64,000 nucleotides of DNA, taken from an uncultured Gemmatimonadaceae bacterium (GTDB taxonomy: Bacteria; Gemmatimonadota; Gemmatimonadetes; Gemmatimonadales; Gemmatimonadaceae). This document shows, in pieces, positions 32,061-45,868 of the stretch. The stretch lies in assembly GCA_963843845.1 (NCBI GenBank), contig CAWJMB010000002.1, positions 1,088,001-1,152,000 on the forward strand, given 5' to 3'. The stretch's first letter is position 1, and every line of letters starts with the position of its first letter. The translations under genes and the position numbers were made by a program. The notes under the pieces are model-generated. The model ran no database searches, was not told the DNA's origin, and worked only from the letters and a program-made list of their open reading frames with translations.

Positions 32061-32859
32061 CGGCGACGCGCTGGGCGTCATCGACGCGCTCGCCGCGCGG
32101 TCGTCGCTCGTGCTGCTGCTCGACGTCGACGGCACCCTTGCGCCGATCGCGCCGCGCCCCGAGGATGCCGAGGTCCCTCCCGAGACCCGCGCCGTCGTCG
32201 CCGAGCTCGCGGCACTCCCCGACGTCACCGTGTCGCTCGTGTCGGGCCGCGCCGCGGCGGATGCCGCGCGCGTCGTCGACGTCCCGAACGTGTGGGTCAT
32301 CGGCAACCACGGCGCCGAGCGCGTGGCGCCCGACGGCACGGCCGAAGTGCAGGCGGAGGTCGCCACGTTCCAGCCCGCCATGCGGGCCGCCGCGGCCGAG
32401 CTCGAAGGCGTGCTGCGCGACGTGCCCGGCGCCATCGTCGAGGACAAGCGGCTGACACTGTCCGTGCACTACCGGCTCGCGCCGCTCGAAGATCAGCCCA
32501 CGATCCTCGCCGCCGCGCACGCCGTTGCGGCGCGCCACGGACTCCGAACGAAAGCCGGGAAGATGGTGATCGAGGTGCGGGCGCCCGTGCATGTCGACAA
32601 GGGCACCGCGGTCGTCGCGTTCCTCGTCCGCATCGCCGCCCCAGCGGACGCCGGCATCCTGTTCGTCGGCGACGACGTGACCGACGAAGACGCGTTCATC
32701 CAGCTCGCCGCGCACGCGCCGAGTGCCGTGACGGTACGCGTTGCCGGTCCGGACGTGACGACGGCGGCCGAGTGGGTGGTCCCCACGCCGGCCGCCGTGC
32801 GCGTACTGCTCGCGCGGATCGCCGCGGTTCGGTCGCTCGCACCGGCCGCGACTCGCTAA
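32047..32859 (+). CDS. otsB: Trehalose-6-phosphate phosphatase
   Basis: HAD motifs LDVDGTL, VSGR, GNHGAE, DKG, GDDVTDEDAF. Overlaps otsA. Confidence 0.93.
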   Translation: MRPLDGDALGVIDALAARSSLVLLLDVDGTLAPIAPRPEDAEVPPETRAVVAELAALPDVTVSLVSGRAAADAARVVDVPNVWVIGNHGAERVAPDGTAEVQAEVATFQPAMRAAAAELEGVLRDVPGAIVEDKRLTLSVHYRLAPLEDQPTILAAAHAVAARHGLRTKAGKMVIEVRAPVHVDKGTAVVAFLVRIAAPADAGILFVGDDVTDEDAFIQLAAHAPSAVTVRVAGPDVTTAAEWVVPTPAAVRVLLARIAAVRSLAPAATR

Positions 32860-33632
32860 CGCTTCTTCGCCGTCGCCTTCTTTGCGGGCCCTTTCGCCGG
32901 CGCCTTCGCTGCCGGCCGGCTCGATTTCGCCGCTGCCTTCGCGGCAGACTTCACCGCGGCGCCCGACTTGGCGGCGGGCTTCGCGCTCTTCGACGGCGTC
33001 TTCGGCGCCGGCTTCGCAGCCGGCTTCGCCGGCGTGGCACTCTTCGAAGCCGGTTTCGGGGCCGGCTTCGCCGGCGCCGCCTTCGTCGTGCCCTTCGCCG
33101 CCGGCTTGGCCAGCGAGGCCGCCGGCTTCGCAGCCTTCGCGTGCGTCGGCTCGGCGATGGGCGCGGGGGCGTGCACGGCGACAGCAGGCGGTGGCGGCGC
33201 GTCGGCGGCCAGCATCGCGGGGGCAGGGGGCAGAGCGGCCGCGGGAGCCGGGGCCGGCTCGGGCATCGGCGGCATCCCGGTGGGCTCCCAGCCGTCGGCG
33301 ACGCGCCGGGCGTGCGCTTCCTCCGCCTCCCGGATCATCTTCTCGGCCTCCTCGGCAGAGACCTGTCCCCGGCGCACCATGAAATTCACGAGGTCGCGGG
33401 CGCTCGTCGCGACGAAGCCCGAGATCCCGGCTGCCGCGTGGATCACGTCGCGCATCGCGCCGGCCATCTTGCTGCCAGCCTCGAGGCTGATCGCGTGCGC
33501 GCGTGCGGCGAGCTCGGCCGCCGTGTCGCGCGGATCGGCACCGCGGTGGCCGAGCCCACGCTTGGGCGGGGGCGGCGTCGGTGCGCCTTCCGCCTTCGGC
33601 GTCTCTTCCGTGCTCTGGACCTGTTCCGCCAT
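32856..33632 (-). CDS. Phasin-like N-terminus plus histone H1-like K/A/P-rich C-terminus
   Basis: ARDLVNFMVRRGQVSAEEAEKMIRE, a Pro/Ala linker, then about 80 aa of AAKP/PAK repeats. Confidence 0.7.
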   Translation of the reverse strand: MAEQVQSTEETPKAEGAPTPPPPKRGLGHRGADPRDTAAELAARAHAISLEAGSKMAGAMRDVIHAAAGISGFVATSARDLVNFMVRRGQVSAEEAEKMIREAEEAHARRVADGWEPTGMPPMPEPAPAPAAALPPAPAMLAADAPPPPAVAVHAPAPIAEPTHAKAAKPAASLAKPAAKGTTKAAPAKPAPKPASKSATPAKPAAKPAPKTPSKSAKPAAKSGAAVKSAAKAAAKSSRPAAKAPAKGPAKKATAKKR

Positions 33633-33845
33633 GTTTCTGGTGCTCCGCTGGGAGGCGCCCCTCCCGTCGAAGTGTGGTAGCAGCGCCGAATGACGCGTCA
33701 CTGACCGGATGCCGACAGTGACCGCGACCGTGTACGATCGCGGTAAGTATATGCCCCGTCACACGATATGCAAGTTCGTGGAGCGTCGGCGCCCTGTCCG
33801 ATCGCTCCCTGTTTTGCGCCAACATGCCGACACTATGAGCCGACC

Positions 33846-34955
33846 ATGCTGTTAGATGGTGTCCGTGTGCTCGACTTGAGCCGAGTCCTCGCCGGGCCGC
33901 TCTGCGGGATGATCCTCGGCGATCTCGGGGCGGATGTCCTCAAAATGGAGCGGCCGGGGAGCGGCGACGAGACGCGCGGCTGGGGGCCGCCGTTCGATGC
34001 GCGGGGAGAGAGCGCGTACTATCTCAGTCTCAACCGCAACAAGCTGGGCGCGACGATCGACTTCGGGACCGCGGATGACGCCGGGCGGCTCCGCGAGCTG
34101 ATCGCCGGGGCGGATGTCGTGCTCGAGAACTTCCGCCCGGGAACGCTCGAGCGGGTAGGATTGGGTGCGGCGGCGATGCTGACGCATCACCCCACGCTCA
34201 TCTGGTGCACGATCACAGGATTCGGGCTCGCCAGCCGACGGCCCGGCTATGACTTCGTGGTCCAAGCGGAGAGCGGGTGGATGGCGATCACCGGCGAGCC
34301 CGACGGCGCACCGGTGAAGGCCGGCATCGCGATCGTCGACCTCCTCACCGGAAAGGATGCCGCCATCTCCATACTCGGCGCGCTCGCGGGACAGGGGCGC
34401 AGGGGGAGGGCTCCGCTCTCGGAGACACAGCGACACGTCACCGTCTCGCTCGCCGGCAGCGCGGCGGCCGGACTCGTCAACGTCGCGCAGAACGCGCTCG
34501 TGACCGGCACGGACGCCCGGCGCTGGGGAAACGCGCACGCGAACATCGTTCCGTACGAGCTGTTCGATGCGGCCGACCGCCCCGTCGTCATCGCCGTCGG
34601 CGGCGACGCGCAGTGGCGCGCCTGTGCCCGCGCCCTCGGACTCGACGCGCTCGCGGACGATCCGCGTCTCGCGACCAACGCCGGTCGCCTCGCCCACCGC
34701 GCCGAGGTCGTCGGCGCGATCGCCGCGCGCGTGCGCACCGCGCCGGCCGCGCACTGGCTCGCCCGGTTGGAGGCGGCCGAAGTGCCGGCCGGTCCTGTGC
34801 GGACGGTGCTCGAGGCGCTGCGCGACGTCGATGCCTCGCCGCTCACCGGCGTCGCCCCGAGCGTCCCGGGGAGCGTGCGCCGCCCGCCGCCGCGGCTGGG
34901 AGAGCACGATGCGCTCGTCCGCGCGCACGGGTGGGATGCGTTCCGGCTCGTCTGA
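33846..34955 (+). CDS. CaiB/BaiF family III CoA-transferase
   Basis: LDGVRVLDLSRVLAGP, LGADVLKME, LNRNK, ENFRPG, PGYD. Confidence 0.93.
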   Translation: MLLDGVRVLDLSRVLAGPLCGMILGDLGADVLKMERPGSGDETRGWGPPFDARGESAYYLSLNRNKLGATIDFGTADDAGRLRELIAGADVVLENFRPGTLERVGLGAAAMLTHHPTLIWCTITGFGLASRRPGYDFVVQAESGWMAITGEPDGAPVKAGIAIVDLLTGKDAAISILGALAGQGRRGRAPLSETQRHVTVSLAGSAAAGLVNVAQNALVTGTDARRWGNAHANIVPYELFDAADRPVVIAVGGDAQWRACARALGLDALADDPRLATNAGRLAHRAEVVGAIAARVRTAPAAHWLARLEAAEVPAGPVRTVLEALRDVDASPLTGVAPSVPGSVRRPPPRLGEHDALVRAHGWDAFRLV

Positions 34956-35078
34956 CCGACGGGAACCGGTCGGCGTGTTACGCCGTCCCGAGGTCGTCGT
35001 CATGCTCGCGGAAGGTGTCGTTCCGCCACCGTTCGCGAGGCCTATCAACCGTGCGGACGACGCGTTATGCTCCCGCCC

Positions 35079-35645
35079 GTGACTACCATGGGACCGGGGG
35101 CGGCCGTCGATCCGTCGGACGCAGACCAGCAGATCATCACGAGCGTGCTCGCGGGGAACCGCGACGCGTTCTCGGCGCTGATTCATCGCTACAGCGATCC
35201 GCTGTATCGGCATGCGCTCGGGATGACCGGCAGCCCGGACGTTGCGGAAGACATCCTCCAACAGTCGTTCATCAAAGCGTACAACCACCTTGGCGAGGTG
35301 CGCGGGCGGTTCGACGCCTGGCTGTTCCGGATCGTGGCGAACGGGTGCAAGGATTGGCTGAAGAACATCCGCCGCACTCACGTCAGCTACGACGAGGACG
35401 ACCAGCCGTCAGCCTACGCGACCCCCGACGAGGACCTCGACCGCACTGAGCTCCGTGAAGATCTCGACGACGCGTTGTCGACGCTGGCGCCGAGCCTTCG
35501 CGAGGCATTCGTGATGAAGCACGTCGAGGGGCGGTCGTACGAGGAGATGGCGGACTTGCTGAGTACTACCGTTGGCGCCTTGAAGATGCGTGTGCATCGG
35601 GCTCGTGAGGCGCTCCAAGCTCTCCTGGAGGAGAAATACGCCTGA
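35079..35645 (+). CDS. ECF RNA polymerase sigma factor
   Basis: AEDILQQSFIKAY, FDAWLFRIVAN, SYEEMADLL, VGALKMRVHRAR. Start may be 35067, 35079 or 35088. Confidence 0.92.
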   Translation: MTTMGPGAAVDPSDADQQIITSVLAGNRDAFSALIHRYSDPLYRHALGMTGSPDVAEDILQQSFIKAYNHLGEVRGRFDAWLFRIVANGCKDWLKNIRRTHVSYDEDDQPSAYATPDEDLDRTELREDLDDALSTLAPSLREAFVMKHVEGRSYEEMADLLSTTVGALKMRVHRAREALQALLEEKYA

Positions 35646-36070
35646 TGGTCGACAACCTCTATCCGGACGGCGCCCCCGACGAGGGGGTCCGTCGCGCCGA
35701 CGCGGGCGGGCTGTCGCGCAACTCGCCGATGGCGGATCGCGAGATCCCGCTCGAAGGCGGCCACCCGTCGCTCGTCGTGCAGCAGTGGCTCGACGGCGAA
35801 GCGTCCGAGGCCGCGGCACGCCGCGCCGACACGAACGACGTGGAGCTGTGGCAGCGCATCAACACCGAGGCCGAGCGTCGCCGGCGCATGGTGACGCCTG
35901 CGCCCGTGCTCGACCGCATCATGGCCGCGATCCCCGCGCCGGCCATCCCGGCGACCGCCGCGACCGCCGCGACCGCGGAGAAGCGCCCGTTCACGCTGTC
36001 GCCGGCGATGGCGATGCTGGCTGGTGCGGCGCTGCTCGGACTCGGAGTCATCGTCGGCAAGCTGCTGTAG
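35645..36070 (+). CDS. Putative single-TM anti-sigma factor
   Basis: TGATG coupling to the ECF sigma gene, VQQWLDGE segment, C-terminal TM helix. Confidence 0.6.
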   Translation: MVDNLYPDGAPDEGVRRADAGGLSRNSPMADREIPLEGGHPSLVVQQWLDGEASEAAARRADTNDVELWQRINTEAERRRRMVTPAPVLDRIMAAIPAPAIPATAATAATAEKRPFTLSPAMAMLAGAALLGLGVIVGKLL

Positions 36071-36104
36071 ACGGTCGGCGGGCTGATCGTCACAGAGTCT
36101 CGGC

Positions 36105-36143
36105 ACGACGGGCCGGCTTCTTCACGAGAAGCCGGCCCGTCGT
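36105..36143. terminator. Hairpin between convergent genes (possible bidirectional terminator)
   Basis: Perfect 17-bp stem acgacgggccggcttct / agaagccggcccgtcgt. Confidence 0.75.
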
Positions 36144-36146
36144 CGT

Positions 36147-37586
<1,440 letters not shown>

Positions 37587-37857
37587 GTGCGATCGTGACG
37601 TGAAGAGTCCTCGACAAACGTAGCACACCGCCCAATCCCGCCGCCGCCCGCGCGCCGCTGTCGACCTGACAGCACTCGCTGTCGTCCCGGCAAACGCGGG
37701 GCCCACGCGTCGGTCATCGTGACCGACATCGCCGGTACGACGGATGCTTTTCGCTCGGGCGCGGCGCCCCACCCATGCGGCGTCGCGCCGCCCGGCGGGA
37801 CTGGGCCCGGCCGGCGAGCGGCGAAGCGGACCTTCAGCAGAGAGGAGACTCGTTCCC

Positions 37858-38370
37858 ATGTCGACCAACACGACGACCTACCCCTTCGACCTCATGTTCG
37901 ACCGGATGCTCGGCCTCGGCCGGACGATGGACCAGGCGTTCGCCGGGCACGCGGCCGGCACCCCGCCGGGCGCCAGCCGTCCACAGCGCTGGCTCCCGGC
38001 CGTCGACACGTACGAGACGGAGAATGCCTTCGTCGTCGAGGCGGACCTGCCCGGCGTGCACCAGGAGGACATCGACGTCAATTTCGAGCAGGGGATGCTC
38101 ACGATGACCGGCCGCCGCGCGCCGACGCTCCCGGCGACCGACGCCGCGAAGGAGGGGCAGCAGCTGCGCGTCTACTCGTCCGAACGGCTGAGCGGCACGT
38201 TCTCGCGCTCGGTGCGCCTCCCGGAGTACGTGGACGGAGAGAAGATCCGCGCGACCTACACGAACGGCGTGCTCACGGTCCACATCCCGAAGGCGACCGG
38301 CGCGTTGCCGCGCAAGATCTCCGTGCAGCTCGACTCCGGCTCGGCTGACCCGAAGCACATCGCCGGCTGA
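37858..38370 (+). CDS. Small heat-shock protein Hsp20
   Basis: WLPAVD, EADLPG, ERLSGTFSRSVRLP, YTNGVLTVHIPK. GAGGAG RBS. Confidence 0.93.
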   Translation: MSTNTTTYPFDLMFDRMLGLGRTMDQAFAGHAAGTPPGASRPQRWLPAVDTYETENAFVVEADLPGVHQEDIDVNFEQGMLTMTGRRAPTLPATDAAKEGQQLRVYSSERLSGTFSRSVRLPEYVDGEKIRATYTNGVLTVHIPKATGALPRKISVQLDSGSADPKHIAG

Positions 38371-38414
38371 CCCGACGTCCGGCGGGTCGACGCTGGCGGC
38401 ACCGCCGGACACGC

Positions 38415-38446
38415 AGCGGGGGCGGCTCGTGAGAGCCGCCCCCGCT
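38415..38446. terminator. Hairpin between convergent hsp20 and sucB
   Basis: 14-bp stem agcgggggcggctc-gtga-gagccgcccccgct. Confidence 0.7.
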
Positions 38447-38463
38447 CGTGTCGGTCGAGACCG

Positions 38464-39738
38464 TCAGGCGATCAGCATCGACGCCGGGTCTTCCATCAGC
38501 TCCTTCACGCGGACGAGGAACAGCACCGCCTGCTGCCCGTCGATCAGCCGGTGATCGTACGACAGCGCGACGTACATCATCGGCCGGATGACGACCTGCC
38601 CGTTCAGCGCGACCGGGCGGTCCTGGATCTTGTGCAGTCCGAGGATGCCGACCTGCGGGTAGTTGATGATCGGCGTCGAGACGAGCGAGCCGAACACGCC
38701 GCCGTTCGTGATCGTGAAGGTGCCGCCGGTGAGGTCGTCCATCGACAGCTTGCCGTCACGCGCCTTCTTCGCGACGGCGACGATGTCGCGGCTGATCTCG
38801 AGCGTGCCCTTGCGATCGGCGTCCTTGATGTTCGGCACCACGAGGCCGGCGTCCGACGCGACGGCGATCCCGATGTTCACGTAGTGGTGGTGCACGATCG
38901 TGTCGCCGTCGAGGCTCGCGTTCACGAGCGGGTACGCCTCGAGCGCCATGCACGCCGCCTTCACGAAGAACGGCATGAACGAGAGGCGCACCCCCTGCTC
39001 CTTCTCGACGCGCTCGCGCACGCGGTCGCGGAGCGCGCTCACGGCGGTCATGTCGATCTCGTTGAACGTCGTGAGGTGCGCGGTCTGGTGCTGCGAGGCG
39101 AGCAGGTTCTCGGCGATGCGGCGGCGGCGCGTGGTGAGCTTCTCGCGGGTCTCGCGCGCGCCGGCCGGAGTCCGGGGCTCGGCGGCCGGGGATCGGGCGA
39201 TCGTGGGTGAGGCGGCGGGCGGGGCGGCCGCCGTCGCGCCGCCGCTGCCGGTCTCCGGTCCTCGAGCCCCGCCCCCGGCCGCGGCCGCCTGTACGACGTC
39301 CGGCTTGCTCACGACACCGCCGCGACCGGTGCCGGCGACCGTCGCCAGATCGACCCCGCGCTCGGCGGCGACGCGCTGGGCGGCAGGAGAGGCCTTGGCG
39401 TTCGCGGTGCCGCTCGCGGCAACGGCCGGCGCAGGTGCCGGCGCCGATGCGGCCGCATCCTGGCCGTGAGAGGCGGCTCCCGCGCCAGCCGCCGCGCCGC
39501 TCGCACTCTCGTCGATCTGCCCGAGCGTCTCGTCGACCGCGACGACGTCGCCCTCGTTCTTCAGCAGCTTCCCGAGCACCCCGGCCGACGGCGCCGGCAC
39601 TTCGACGGTGATCTTGTCGGTCTCGAGCTCGACGAGCGTGTCGCCGGCCGCCACCGCGTCGCCCTCGCGCTTCACCCACCGTGAGATCGTCGCCTCGACG
39701 ATCGACTCGCCAAGCGGCGGCACCTTGATCGCGATCAT
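38464..39738 (-). CDS. sucB: 2-oxoglutarate dehydrogenase E2 (dihydrolipoyllysine succinyltransferase)
   Basis: Lipoyl domain LGESIVEA...ETDKIT, ASPAA E3-binding domain, [28 protein letters not shown]. Confidence 0.93.
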   Translation of the reverse strand: MIAIKVPPLGESIVEATISRWVKREGDAVAAGDTLVELETDKITVEVPAPSAGVLGKLLKNEGDVVAVDETLGQIDESASGAAAGAGAASHGQDAAASAPAPAPAVAASGTANAKASPAAQRVAAERGVDLATVAGTGRGGVVSKPDVVQAAAAGGGARGPETGSGGATAAAPPAASPTIARSPAAEPRTPAGARETREKLTTRRRRIAENLLASQHQTAHLTTFNEIDMTAVSALRDRVRERVEKEQGVRLSFMPFFVKAACMALEAYPLVNASLDGDTIVHHHYVNIGIAVASDAGLVVPNIKDADRKGTLEISRDIVAVAKKARDGKLSMDDLTGGTFTITNGGVFGSLVSTPIINYPQVGILGLHKIQDRPVALNGQVVIRPMMYVALSYDHRLIDGQQAVLFLVRVKELMEDPASMLIA

Positions 39739-39812
39739 TCCGAAAGAACCTGGGAGAGACGTGAGTGCGGCGCGGCTTCGCTCGTCCGCGACGCGTGCCA
39801 CTAATCTACAGT

Positions 39813-39895
39813 CGGGACATCGGGGATCGGGACTCGGGACGCGGGACGCGGGAGTCGCCGATCCCCGAGTCCCGTCTCCCCCATCCCGCGTCCCG
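39813..39895. repeat. Heptamer-based palindromic element, copy D
   Basis: Six NCGGGAN/CGGGGAT units followed by five inverted units, between divergent genes. Confidence 0.75.
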
Positions 39896-39905
39896 GCTCT
39901 GTCTC

Positions 39906-40940
39906 ATGCGTGCGCTCACGATCTCCGCTCACGGCGGTCTCGACCGGCTCGAGTATCGCGACGATCTCCCCGAACCGGCGCCCCCCGGCCCGCACGAGGC
40001 GCTCGTGCGCGTCGAGGCGGCGGCGCTCAATCACCTCGACCTGTTCGTGCTCGGCGGACTGCCGAACGTCACGATCACGCCGCCGTGGATCGTCGGCTCC
40101 GACGGAGCGGGGATCGTCGAGGCGGTCGGCGCGGCGGTGACGCACGTGCGCGTCGGGGATCGTGTCGTGGTGAACCCTGGGACGAGCTGCGGCGCCTGCG
40201 AGTACTGTCGCGACGACGAGGCTCCCCTCTGCCCGCGGTATCACATCATGGGCGAACACCTCCCCGGCTTCCTGGCCGAGCGGGTGGTGGTGCCAGGGCG
40301 GAGCGTGCGCGCCGTCCCGCACACGATCGCGCCCGAGCAGGCCGCCGCCTTCACGCTCGCCACGCTCACCGCGTGGCGGATGATCGTGTCGCGCGCGCGG
40401 GTGCGCCCGGGCGAGACGGTGCTGATCTGGGGGATCGGCGGCGGCGTCGCGCTCGCGGCGTTGCAGATCGCGAAGCAGATCGGCGCGACGGTGTGGGTGA
40501 CGAGCGGCGACGATGCGAAGCTCGCGCGGGCGAGCGCGCTGGGCGCCGACGTGACGCTGAACCATCGCACCGACGACGTGGCGCGAATCATCCGCGACCG
40601 TACGGCGAAGCGCGGTATGGACGTCGTCGTCGACAACGTCGGCGAGGCGACGTGGGCGCGGTCGCTGCTCGCACTCGGCCGGCGTGGACGCCTCGTCACG
40701 TGCGGCGCGACGTCCGGACCGATCGTGCAGACCGACGTGCGGCGCCTGTTCTGGAATCAGTGGTCGATCATGGGATCGACGATGGGGAACGACGCCGAGT
40801 TCGAGGCGATCGCGGGGGAGCTGGCGGCGGGGAGACTCCTCCCGCCGATCGATTCGGTCTGGTCGCTGCGCGACGGCCGAGCGGCGTATGCGCGGCTCGA
40901 GAGCGGCGAACAGTTCGGAAAGGTCGTTGTCCGGATCTGA
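39906..40940 (+). CDS. Zinc-binding MDR alcohol dehydrogenase / quinone oxidoreductase
   Basis: ALNHLD, GSDGAG, CGACEYC...C structural Zn site, GIGGGV, FGKVV. Confidence 0.9.
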   Translation: MRALTISAHGGLDRLEYRDDLPEPAPPGPHEALVRVEAAALNHLDLFVLGGLPNVTITPPWIVGSDGAGIVEAVGAAVTHVRVGDRVVVNPGTSCGACEYCRDDEAPLCPRYHIMGEHLPGFLAERVVVPGRSVRAVPHTIAPEQAAAFTLATLTAWRMIVSRARVRPGETVLIWGIGGGVALAALQIAKQIGATVWVTSGDDAKLARASALGADVTLNHRTDDVARIIRDRTAKRGMDVVVDNVGEATWARSLLALGRRGRLVTCGATSGPIVQTDVRRLFWNQWSIMGSTMGNDAEFEAIAGELAAGRLLPPIDSVWSLRDGRAAYARLESGEQFGKVVVRI

Positions 40941-41157
40941 GCCGGCCCAGTACTCGGCGGACGAGCAGCGCGAGATCCGCGACGCCGTGGCCGTCGGGAG
41001 AGAGCCGCACTGCCCGCGCGACGGCGCCCTGCTCACGCGCCGCCCCCTCGGCGGCGGCTCGTTCGGGCTCGGCTACGCGCGGCGGCGGGAGTGGCTGCTC
41101 TGCCCGGTCTGCCGGCGGAGCGCGCTGTTCGACGTGAAGCGGGGGACGCGGAACTGA
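40927..41157 (+). CDS. Small putative zinc-finger protein (about 76 aa)
   Basis: CPRD...CPVC. TTG start overlapping the end of the upstream gene. Confidence 0.6.
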   Translation: MSGSEPAQYSADEQREIRDAVAVGREPHCPRDGALLTRRPLGGGSFGLGYARRREWLLCPVCRRSALFDVKRGTRN

Positions 41158-41198
41158 GAGCCGGCCCGGTCGTCCCGGCGGCGCTAGATTTTGGTCCC

Positions 41199-41927
41199 AT
41201 GAACTTCCTCGACCGCATCCAGCAGAGCTTCGCCCAGCTCGGCCTGTTCGTTCCGTCGCTCCTCGGCGCCCTCGTCATCCTCTTCGCCGGCTATCTGCTC
41301 GCGAAGCTGCTCGAGAAGGGGACGGCCCGACTGCTCCGCAAGGTCCGCATCAACGAGATGCTCGAGCGCGGCGGCGTCATGCACGCGGTCGAGCGCTCCG
41401 GAGCGCACTTCAACCCGGCGCGGATCATCGCGAACCTCGTGTTCTGGTTCGTGATGTTCGCCGTCATGCTGATCGCGGCGAACGCGCTCGGCTTCGACCA
41501 GCTCGCGAACATCTTCTCGGAGCTGGTCGGCTACATCCCGAGTGTGATCGCGGCGATCGTGATCGTGATCCTCGGCATCGTCCTGGGCGGGTTCGTCGGG
41601 GGGCTCATCATGGCCTCCGCGGGCGGGCTGCACGGCGGGCCGACGCTCGCCCGCGTCGGACGCATCGGCGTCATCGTCATCGCCGTGTTCATGGCGCTCC
41701 AGGAGCTCGGCATCGCGACCGACATCGTCACGACGGCCTTCGCGATCCTGTTCGGCGCGGTCGCGCTCGCCCTCGCGCTCTCGTTCGGGCTCGGCAACCG
41801 CGAGCTGGCGGGCGAGGTGACGCGCGAGTGGTACGAGCGCTACCGACGCGAGCGCGCGGCGATCGACGCGGAGACGGCGCGTGAGGACGCGGAGCTCGAG
41901 GTCGAGACGGGGGAGCACCCGCTCTGA
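41199..41927 (+). CDS. TM-helix repeat membrane protein (CmpX / MscS-associated type)
   Basis: FVPSLLGALVIL, YIPSVIAAIVI, ALQELGIA, ALSFGLG. Confidence 0.82.
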   Translation: MNFLDRIQQSFAQLGLFVPSLLGALVILFAGYLLAKLLEKGTARLLRKVRINEMLERGGVMHAVERSGAHFNPARIIANLVFWFVMFAVMLIAANALGFDQLANIFSELVGYIPSVIAAIVIVILGIVLGGFVGGLIMASAGGLHGGPTLARVGRIGVIVIAVFMALQELGIATDIVTTAFAILFGAVALALALSFGLGNRELAGEVTREWYERYRRERAAIDAETAREDAELEVETGEHPL

Positions 41928-42100
41928 GGCATCGCGCACACGCCGGACGGGGGAACCGCGACGCGCCGTAAGTGTCTAATCCACAACGACTTGCTGCGGC
42001 TGAGCCGGTTGCTATTCTGGTGCCGTCGGGCTAGCTTGCACGGTTGTCTCCGGGCCGTCCGGCCTGTGGCTGCAGGGCGACATCTCTGAACGCGTAGACC

Positions 42101-44614
<2,514 letters not shown>

Positions 44615-44644
44615 CGATTCGCGCCGCGCTTGTCGCGGCGTGTG

Positions 44645-44701
44645 GCGAAATGCATGACGTGGGAGCGGCCTTGTCGAGCCGCTCCCACGTCGCATTTTCG
44701 C
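44645..44701 (+). terminator. Long hairpin after gyrA
   Basis: gcgaaatgc..gacgtgggagcggc-cttgtcga-gccgctcccacgtc-gcattttcgc. Confidence 0.7.
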
Positions 44702-44866
44702 ACGGTGCGGTGTGGCGAGCGCGCACCTTCGCGCGTGTGACGCGCATCGCTACATTGGGCGAGCCGCACCCCGATGGAGGGACACGGCGCCGGACGCCGG
44801 CACGGTGCTCGCCACCCGTTAGGCAGTCCGCTTCGAGGCTTCACGCGGCGAATCCCGAGCCTCTCC

Positions 44867-45868
44867 ATGACGACGTCTCTCGACCCGGCCCTCGTTACGC
44901 TCGACGCGCTGCGACACGCCGCGGCGCTGTTGCGCGGCGTGACCGTGCGCACGCCGCTCCTCTCCGCCGCCGACGTCGTGCCCGACGCCGGAGGCCGGGT
45001 GTGGGTGAAGCCCGAGATGCTGCAACGCGGCGGGGCGTTCAAGCTCCGCGGCGCGTACACGTTTCTCGCGAACCTCGACCCGACGGCGCGCGCGCGCGGC
45101 GTCGTCGCGCCGTCGTCGGGGAACCACGCGCAGGCCGTCGCGCTCGCCGCGCGCCTCTTCGGCGTCCCCGCCACGGTCGTCATGCCGGACACCGCGCCCG
45201 AGGCGAAGCGGGCCGGTGTCGTGCGATACGGTGGCACCGTCGTCGTCGTCGGGCCGAGCAGCGACGAGCGCGCCGCGCGCGCGGCGGAGATCGCGCGCGA
45301 GACGGGTGCGACGCTCGTGCCGCCGTACGACCACCCGTGGATCGTGACGGGGCAGGGAACCGTCGGCGTCGAGATCGCGGAGGACGTTCCGAACGTCCGC
45401 CTCGTCGTCGTGCCGGTCGGCGGCGGCGGGCTGCTCGCCGGCGTCGCGACCGCGATCAAGCTGCTCGCCCCGGACGCCCGCGTCGTCGGCGTCGAGCCGG
45501 CGGGGACCCCGAAGCTCTCGCGTGCGCGTGCGGCCGGGCGTCCCGTGACGCTCCCCTATGCAGGTGGCCTCGCCGACGGTCTGCTCACGGTGAGTGTCGG
45601 CGCCGTGCCGTTCGCGCACCACGAGGCGTACGTCGACGAGGTCGTCTCGGTCGACGACGCCGTCCTCCCGCGCGCACTCCGCGCGTTGCTCGACCGCATG
45701 AAGCTCGTCGCGGAGCCGAGCGGCGTGGTCACGCTCGCGGCGCTGCTGGAGGGAATCGTGCGCCCCGCGGCCGACGGCGACACGGTGGCGGTGCTGAGCG
45801 GCGGCAACATCGAGTGGCCCGGACTGCAGCGCGTGCTCGGCGCGTCAGGCACGTCGGGCGGGGCGTGA
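44867..45868 (+). CDS. PLP-dependent threonine/serine dehydratase (no ACT domain)
   Basis: RTPLL, GAFKLRGA, SSGNHAQ, PVGGGGL, EPSG, LSGGN. Confidence 0.9.
   Translation: MTTSLDPALVTLDALRHAAALLRGVTVRTPLLSAADVVPDAGGRVWVKPEMLQRGGAFKLRGAYTFLANLDPTARARGVVAPSSGNHAQAVALAARLFGVPATVVMPDTAPEAKRAGVVRYGGTVVVVGPSSDERAARAAEIARETGATLVPPYDHPWIVTGQGTVGVEIAEDVPNVRLVVVPVGGGGLLAGVATAIKLLAPDARVVGVEPAGTPKLSRARAAGRPVTLPYAGGLADGLLTVSVGAVPFAHHEAYVDEVVSVDDAVLPRALRALLDRMKLVAEPSGVVTLAALLEGIVRPAADGDTVAVLSGGNIEWPGLQRVLGASGTSGGA

Noticed and set aside
33700..35650. Slightly lower-GC stretch as a horizontally acquired island
   Set aside because: The shift is mild, the genes are ordinary, and there is no integrase, tRNA or flanking direct repeat.
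37620..37695. CIRCE (HrcA) operator upstream of hsp20
   Set aside because: Only left-half-like words (TAGCACAC, CAGCACTC) are present, with no GAGTGCTAA half at 9-nt spacing.
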